Source of the DNA: Ignicoccus hospitalis KIN4/I
GTDB taxonomy: Archaea > Thermoproteota > Thermoprotei_A > Sulfolobales > Ignicoccaceae
Reading direction: 5' to 3'
Assembly (NCBI RefSeq): GCF_000017945.1
Contig: NC_009776.1
Location: 150,001 to 182,000, forward strand
Length of the DNA stretch: 32,000 nucleotides
In this document: positions 26,951 through 32,000 of the stretch, in pieces
Layout of the letters: the number at the start of each line of letters is the position of its first letter
How positions within the stretch are numbered: position 1 is the stretch's first letter
Notes under the pieces: model-generated
Database searches by the model: none
What the model saw: only the letters and a program-made list of their open reading frames with translations
Told to the model about the DNA's origin: nothing
Translations under genes and position numbers: made by a program

Positions 26951-28317
26951 TACTGCATCATCTCCTCAACTATCTTCTCGTGTATTTTGCGCCCGATCTC
27001 CCTCGATGCCTTGTTTGTTGTAAGTACCGTTAAGCTCTGGTCGAGTGGCCCTTTGGAGACCATCAGAACGGGCTTGTTGTCGAAGAGCGAGAGCACGTTG
27101 CCCACGAAGTCTAACTCCTCGAGCCCCCTGCCCACAACTGACACAGCAGTCACGTTGTCTTTTATCTTAGTCTCTACGGATATCCCCTTCCCCTCGAGGG
27201 CGTTCCTGATGGCGTTGGAGACTAGGTCCGCCTTGCTGGACTTAACCGCAATAGATATGGAGATCTCGGAGACCGGCTGAGAGATCGCGTAAATGTTGGC
27301 TCCCACTTTGGTCACCGATTCCATTACCGTGGCCGCGACTCCCTTGGTTCCGACCATTCCAACGCCCTTCACAGTTATTATCGCTAACCCGTTCAGCAAT
27401 GCCACCGCCTTCAACATAGGTCCCCTGCGCCCGTGGGAGATTAGGGTGTTGTTGCCCTTGGGGTCGTAGAGGCTTAGCACCCTCACGTCCACGTGCCTTC
27501 TGAGGACAGGTTCGAACGTACGCGGGTGCAACCTCTTCGCCCCTAGGTGGGCCAACTCTATCGCCTCTTCTACGGAGAGCTCCCTAATGGTTACGGCGTC
27601 CGGGAACTCCTTCGGGTTCCCGGTCTTTATGCCGTCTATGTCAGTATACAGCCTTACCTCGTCCGCCTTTAGGGAGGAGCCCAGTATAGTAGCCGTTAGG
27701 TCGCTCCCCCCGCGCCCCAAGGTAGTTATGCTCCCTTCAAGCGTCGAGCCCAAGAAGCCGGTGACCACGGGCACTTTGTCCTCCTCTAGGAAGGGTTCCA
27801 ACCTCTTGGGAACTTCCCTCTCTATGACGTCGTACAGGGGTACCGCTTCGTTGTAGTTCTCGTCCGTGAATATCCCAGCCTTTTCGGGCGTCAGGGGGAT
27901 GGGGTTCAGTCCCTCCCTCTCCAGGGCGGCGGACATGAGTATCGTGGAGAGCCTCTCGCCGAATGATAAGACGAAGTCTCTCGTTCTGGGCGTATGTTCC
28001 CTGAGGATGTAAAGTGCCCAGAGCACGTTTTTGAGCTCTTCTACGTTCTTCTCTAACTCCTTGAACCACCTCTCCGACGAGCCCAGCTGTTGGAGGACCC
28101 TTTCGTGGCGCCTCTTGAGCGCTTCTACGTACTTCTTCCAGTCCTTGGGTAGGCTCCCGGAAACCTTGAGCAAGGAGTCGGTAACCCCCTTCATCGCCGA
28201 GACCACTACAACTACCTTGTAGCCTTCTCCGACGCACTCCTTGACCACTTTGGCCGACGCCGAGTAGCCCTCCGCGTCTCTTAGCACGGAACCGCCGAAC
28301 TTGGCGACTAACTTCAT
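26932..28317 (-). CDS. Aspartate kinase
   Basis: KFGGSVL, SFGERLSTILMS, GFLGSTLEGSITTLGRGGSDLTATILGS, ACT domains (GMVGTKGVAATVMESVTKVGANI). TATA-like tttttaag upstream. Confidence 0.94.
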   Translation of the reverse strand: MKLVAKFGGSVLRDAEGYSASAKVVKECVGEGYKVVVVVSAMKGVTDSLLKVSGSLPKDWKKYVEALKRRHERVLQQLGSSERWFKELEKNVEELKNVLWALYILREHTPRTRDFVLSFGERLSTILMSAALEREGLNPIPLTPEKAGIFTDENYNEAVPLYDVIEREVPKRLEPFLEEDKVPVVTGFLGSTLEGSITTLGRGGSDLTATILGSSLKADEVRLYTDIDGIKTGNPKEFPDAVTIRELSVEEAIELAHLGAKRLHPRTFEPVLRRHVDVRVLSLYDPKGNNTLISHGRRGPMLKAVALLNGLAIITVKGVGMVGTKGVAATVMESVTKVGANIYAISQPVSEISISIAVKSSKADLVSNAIRNALEGKGISVETKIKDNVTAVSVVGRGLEELDFVGNVLSLFDNKPVLMVSKGPLDQSLTVLTTNKASREIGRKIHEKIVEEMMQYYGEAK

Positions 28318-28365
28318 CTGGAGCCCGCGGGCGGAGGGCCGATGTCTTAAAAAATAGCTTTTCCT

Positions 28366-28527
28366 TTATGCGCCTCCAAACATGGCGTTTAGGTTGGTTT
28401 GTAAGGTGTCGATCAAGGTAGTTATCTTGTACACCATGTATACCCAAGCCAACGTGGCTATTAGGGATAACAAGATTATGGATATCTCGAAGAGCGTGAG
28501 GCCCTTAAGGGCGGCGCTCCTCCTCAA
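28366..28527 (-). CDS. Small single-TM protein, 53 aa (MRRSAALKGLTLFEISIILLSLIATLAWVYMVYKITTLIDTLQTNLNAMFGGA), absent from the supplied track
   Basis: TTG start preceded by a strong SD-like GGGGAGG. Upstream TATA-like tttatttt on the minus strand (about 28558-28566). One long hydrophobic helix. Confidence 0.6.
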   Translation of the reverse strand: MRRSAALKGLTLFEISIILLSLIATLAWVYMVYKITTLIDTLQTNLNAMFGGA

Positions 28528-28593
28528 CTCGTCCTCCCCTCGCCCCGAGGGGCATTCAAAAATAAAGCTTAAGCTTCACTTACCGCGGCCCCC

Positions 28594-28637
28594 TGGGGTC
28601 CCGAGGGCCGCCGATGGCGGGCGGTGAGGGACCCCGG
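28594..28637 (+). repeat. GC-rich inverted repeat / hairpin in the gatD upstream region
   Basis: GGGGTCCC (28594-28601) pairs with GGGACCCC (28628-28635). Inner CCGCC-gat-GGCGG. Confidence 0.6.
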
Positions 28638-28671
28638 CACCCCTGGGCACCTCCCCCCTCACATAAGATTA

Positions 28672-30036
28672 ATGCTCAACCTCGCCTCTTTCCGGGGCGC
28701 GCAGCAGTTGAGTTACCCGTCCGACTTGGCGGCCTCGCTTCTCCAGAAGGGCATAGAAGTAGGGGACGTGATTAAGGTAGTGAGGGATGACGGCTTAGTA
28801 GTCGAAGGCATACTCATGCCCAGGCCGAAGGGCGGAAGGTACATAGTCGTCAAGCTGAAGAACGGTTACAACGTCGGGATAGACGTAAGGAGGATAAAGG
28901 AATTAGAGCTCGTGGCTAAGAGGAAGCCCCAACGGAGGGAGAAGGGCGAGAAGCCCCCTAGGAGGCCGGGCTACCCTTTGGTAAAGGTGTTAGGCACGGG
29001 CGGTACCATAGCTTCTAGGATAGACTACGAAACGGGCGCCGTGAAGCCAGCCATGAGTACGGAAGAGCTCGTAGAGGAGGTACCGGAGTTGCTCGACTAC
29101 GCCGACGTGGAGGCTGAACAGATAATGGACGTCCTCTCGGAGAACATGACTCCGGAGATGTGGAGCCGCGTGGCGGAAGCGGTACACGCGGAGCTGCTGA
29201 GGGAGGAGGTTGCTGGAGTAGTGGTGGCCCACGGGACTGACACGATGGTTTACACCGCCTCCGCGGTAGCGTTCGCAATAAGAGAGATAAACAAACCCGT
29301 CGTGTTCGTGGGGGCGCAGAGGAGCTCCGACAGGCCTTCCAGCGACGCTACGCTGAACCTCATAGGGGCTACTATAGCGGCCGCGAGGTCTGACATAGCG
29401 GAGTCCATAATAGCGATGCACGGGGAAAGCAGCGACACCTTCGTGGTCTTGCACAGAGCCACGAGGACTAAGAAGTTCCACTCGACGCGCAGGGACGCGT
29501 TTCAGAGCATATGTGCCCAGCCCCTAGCTTACGTGTGGCCGTGGACCGGCGACGTCGAACCGAAGTCCCGGCCGCTGCGCACGAGGGGCGACTGGACCCC
29601 GAAGCTGATGAACTCCTTCGAGCCGCGGGTGCTCCAGCTAAGGGCTTACCCCGGGATGCCCCCGGACCTCCTATACTTGGCCAAGGATAAGGGCTTCAAA
29701 GGGGTGATAATAGAGGGCACCGGAATGGGCCACGTCCCGGAGTACTTGGTGGACGCCATAAAGGAGTTGACCGAGTCCGGAATATTCGTCGGCGTGACGA
29801 CCCAGTGCGTCCACGGCACCACAAACTTGAACGTCTACGCGACCGGGAGGAAGATGCTGGAGGCCGGGGCGACCCCCTTAGGGGACATGTTAACTGAAGT
29901 GGCAACGGTCAAGCTTATGTGGGCGTTGGCCAACTATCCCCCGGAGGAGGTACCCAAAGTCATGGTGACCCCTCTAGAGGGCGAGTTGAGGGAGCGCAGG
30001 TTGCTCAGAGATTATCGGCTCTCGTATAGGCGATGA
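28672..30036 (+). CDS. gatD: Glutamyl-tRNA(Gln) amidotransferase subunit D
   Basis: GDVIKVVRDDGLVVEGILMPR (N-terminal SH3-like), VLGTGGTIASRIDYETGAVKP, VVAHGTDTMVYTASAVAF, HGESSDTFVVLHRATRTKKFHSTRRDAFQS. ATG 28672 preferred over the upstream GTG at 28624. Confidence 0.95.
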   Translation: MLNLASFRGAQQLSYPSDLAASLLQKGIEVGDVIKVVRDDGLVVEGILMPRPKGGRYIVVKLKNGYNVGIDVRRIKELELVAKRKPQRREKGEKPPRRPGYPLVKVLGTGGTIASRIDYETGAVKPAMSTEELVEEVPELLDYADVEAEQIMDVLSENMTPEMWSRVAEAVHAELLREEVAGVVVAHGTDTMVYTASAVAFAIREINKPVVFVGAQRSSDRPSSDATLNLIGATIAAARSDIAESIIAMHGESSDTFVVLHRATRTKKFHSTRRDAFQSICAQPLAYVWPWTGDVEPKSRPLRTRGDWTPKLMNSFEPRVLQLRAYPGMPPDLLYLAKDKGFKGVIIEGTGMGHVPEYLVDAIKELTESGIFVGVTTQCVHGTTNLNVYATGRKMLEAGATPLGDMLTEVATVKLMWALANYPPEEVPKVMVTPLEGELRERRLLRDYRLSYRR

Positions 30037-30733
30037 CCTTCCTTAACGAGGCCACGAAGCTCAAGGGGGCTACGAGGGGGTCGTAGGGCAAGCTCACTAG
30101 GCCGGCCCTCATCCTAACCGCCATCCCCCTCACCCAGTGCTCTTCGGACGACGTCGTCAAGATCACTATTTTCTTGTTGCGGAGCTCCGCGCCGAGCGCC
30201 TCTTGATAATACAAAGCGGGCGCCTTGGTTACGTAGCTTAAAGCTTGGGCGGCCATTTCCATGCTGTTTGTATATATAATCATATCGATATCCAGGTTTA
30301 AGGTGAGAGGGATCTCCAAGTCCTCCAAGTCCTCTTTAATTCTAGCCGCCCTCGGGTTGTCCGAGCCCTCGAGAGCCTCCCTTAGGACCGTCGACCCGAC
30401 CTCCACGAGGGCTTGCAACAAGTCCGGAGGGACCTCGCGGGCCGGGTAGGCGCTCAGCTTGCCCTCGAGCTCGTAGGGGAGCCCCTTCAGAGGGGGCCTG
30501 AAGAGCTCCACTTCGTATCCCGCGACCTTCAAGGCCTCCAAGACCCTCAAGGTGCTCGAGGGGTCCCCGAGGCCGAAGACCGTGGCTCGCCCTCCCCCCT
30601 CCGAAAAGGGCAAGTACCTTTGGGAAACCTCTTCGGGCCTCAACACCGGGGCAAACGTTCCCTTGAGCTCCATCAAGGCGTTTGAGTAAAGCCTCGCCAG
30701 GCCCGAGGCGGGGCCAGTATAGGTCAGTAACAT
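30005..30733 (-). CDS. Hypothetical protein, possible sugar-isomerase-like (SIS-type) architecture
   Basis: In-frame ATG at 30733 overlaps the stop of the upstream ORF (TGATG). Alternating alpha/beta pattern (MIIYTNSMEMAAQALSYVTKAPALYY; KKIVILTTSSEEHWVRGMAVRM). Confidence 0.6.
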   Translation of the reverse strand: MLLTYTGPASGLARLYSNALMELKGTFAPVLRPEEVSQRYLPFSEGGGRATVFGLGDPSSTLRVLEALKVAGYEVELFRPPLKGLPYELEGKLSAYPAREVPPDLLQALVEVGSTVLREALEGSDNPRAARIKEDLEDLEIPLTLNLDIDMIIYTNSMEMAAQALSYVTKAPALYYQEALGAELRNKKIVILTTSSEEHWVRGMAVRMRAGLVSLPYDPLVAPLSFVASLRKVIAYTRADNL

Positions 30734-31005
30734 CACTTCTTGACACCCTTCAAGCGGGCGTATATCTCTTCTTTCAAGTTCGCCTTCTCGTCGAGTCCGC
30801 CCACCTCTGGGAACCATATAGGCCTCTTGCACTCTTTCCCTCTGTAAGGACAGAGCAAGCAGAAGTGTGCGCTCACGAAAGCTAAAGGCCTGTCCTCAAC
30901 TCTGCCCAAGGTCGCCTCCTCTATTAAGGGACACCTCTCCCCGATCTGACCTTGGCCGTCGAGGGGCCTCCTCCAATATATAACCAACTCTCGAGTCCCA
31001 CCCAA
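30733..31005 (-). CDS. Small Cys-motif protein (possible Zn or Fe-S binding)
   Basis: RCPLIEE...HFCLLCPYRGKECKRPIWFPEVGG. Translationally coupled to the downstream gene. Confidence 0.6.
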   Translation of the reverse strand: MGGTRELVIYWRRPLDGQGQIGERCPLIEEATLGRVEDRPLAFVSAHFCLLCPYRGKECKRPIWFPEVGGLDEKANLKEEIYARLKGVKK

Positions 31006-31025
31006 GACGGCCCTTAGGGGTAAAA

Positions 31026-31334
31026 TTGTTGAGAAGGCTGGAGCTTCTGAAAGAATTGCTGCTCTTAATACCGTTAGGGAAGGTGACCACGTACTCTTCG
31101 TTGGCCTCTTTGTTGGGTACCCACCCCAGGGCGGTGGGCGCGATGCTCGCGCGAAACGAGGACTTGGTGGTTTACCCTTGCCACCGCGTAGTTATGTCAG
31201 ACGGTAGGCTGGGGGGTTACGCCTTGGGTAAGGAGTTCAAGAGGAGGCTGTTAGAGCTCGAAGGGGTGAAGTTCTGCGGTCCCGAGAGGGTGTGTAAGGA
31301 GAGCGTGGTCGACCTCAAAGAGCTGCTCTCTTAG
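31026..31334 (+). CDS. O6-alkylguanine-DNA alkyltransferase (Ogt/MGMT) catalytic-domain protein
   Basis: IPLGKVTTYSSLASLLGTHPRAVGAMLARNEDLVVYPCHRVVMSDGRLGGYALG with the PCHRV active-site motif. Confidence 0.93.
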   Translation: MLRRLELLKELLLLIPLGKVTTYSSLASLLGTHPRAVGAMLARNEDLVVYPCHRVVMSDGRLGGYALGKEFKRRLLELEGVKFCGPERVCKESVVDLKELLS

Positions 31335-31731
31335 ATAGCAACCCACGGATCAAGAGCAAAGCGGTGGGCGCGACCCATGGAGGAACGCTTAAACCTCTCG
31401 TACCTTCATTATCTTCCTTCATCAAGGTTATTGGGGTCGAGTTCCAGAAGAACACCTTGTTGTCTAGCAGAGTAAAGTTGTTAGCCAAGAGGGGTACGGT
31501 CAAGCACCCCTCTCCTATAACAACGTACTCTGGGAAACCGTTGAGATAAACGGTAACTGTGTCGTTGCAGACCTTTAAGAAGTCTTGGGCCGAGGTGGTC
31601 GCGTTGGTAACAATTGCTTCGCGCGTCTTTGACAAAACCAAGTAGAAGAGTAAGAGGGTGAAAACTTCCCCTCGCCCAACCAACGGGCCCTCCCCGGTGA
31701 AGGGCAGAGGCCCCTTGCCCTCCCGGCTCAA
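31315..31731 (-). CDS. Exported or membrane-anchored hypothetical protein (start probably about 31680)
   Basis: Hydrophobic N-terminal segment VFTLLLFYLVL, then Asn-X-Thr-rich ectodomain-like region. A second hydrophobic patch APTALLLI lies near the C-terminus. TATA-like gttatttac sits only about 10 nt from the longest-ORF start. Confidence 0.55.
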   Translation of the reverse strand: MSREGKGPLPFTGEGPLVGRGEVFTLLLFYLVLSKTREAIVTNATTSAQDFLKVCNDTVTVYLNGFPEYVVIGEGCLTVPLLANNFTLLDNKVFFWNSTPITLMKEDNEGTRGLSVPPWVAPTALLLIRGLLSKRAAL

Positions 31732-31848
31732 AGTAAATAACGCCGCGAGAGAGCTCCAAAACCGCGCGCCGACCCCCTGGACGGAGGCCGTAAGGCCTCA
31801 GAATGAAAGGGGGGACTGTTAGGCTCCCACACCAGGGGGCACGATCCC

Positions 31849-32000
31849 GTGGAGCCGAAGGAGTTGTACGAAAAGATACTAAACAACGTAACGCAGCATT
31901 TAGCCGGCGTCGAGAGGCCCGTGGAAGTCCTAACGATCTCCTTGCTGTCCCGAGGCCACGCCCTCTTGGAAGGGGTAGTGGGCGTGGCCAAGACTACGCT
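31849..32000 (+). CDS. MoxR-like AAA+ ATPase N-terminus (truncated by window end)
   Basis: GTG start; VEPKELYEKILNNVTQHLAGVERPVEVLTISLLSRGHALLEGVVGVAKTTL, matching MoxR HVLLEGVPGVAKT-like Walker A. Confidence 0.8.
   Translation, partial: MEPKELYEKILNNVTQHLAGVERPVEVLTISLLSRGHALLEGVVGVAKTT

Noticed and set aside
31728-31991. Minus-strand ORF 31728..31991
   Set aside because: Antisense to the MoxR-like start, Ser/Pro/Arg-rich, and contradicted by the clear HALLEGVVGVAKT motif on the plus strand.
1-32000. CRISPR array, toxin-antitoxin locus, transposon or provirus
   Set aside because: No periodic repeats, cas genes, transposase/integrase motifs or phage genes seen. The content is core housekeeping plus a few orphans.

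Overview
This window is a gene-dense chromosomal segment from a hyperthermophilic crenarchaeon. From protein content and style I infer Desulfurococcales, possibly Ignicoccus-like, but I did not verify this. It carries an archaeal ribosomal/RNA-polymerase cluster (S13-S4-S11-RpoD-L18e-L13-S9-RpoN-S2, about 10.0-14.4 kb), alaS, gatD, glmS, an Lhr-type helicase, a TrkH-like transporter, Alba, hisA, Bud32 kinase, an ITPase, aspartate kinase and an Ogt-like alkyltransferase. There are three tRNAs: Ser-GCT, Asp-GTC and an intron-containing Tyr-GTA. The SRP (7S) RNA gene sits on the minus strand at about 24.04-24.40 kb and is absent from the supplied ORF track. I found no CRISPR array, transposon, phage module or convincing defence island. 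The items most worth following up are: (1) the SRP RNA gene, whose 3' end is antisense to the alaS C-terminus and whose TATA box contains a neighbour's stop codon; (2) a tandem pair of ferredoxin-bearing P-loop ATPases lacking the MinD signature lysine; (3) a candidate C/D-box-like sRNA sharing a bidirectional promoter with the S13 operon; (4) two short ORFs missing from the track (19335-19490 and 28366-28527, both minus); (5) a GC-rich structured leader upstream of gatD; (6) atypical cysteine spacing in RpoD; and (7) a large secreted orphan protein. I see no clearly new multi-gene system.
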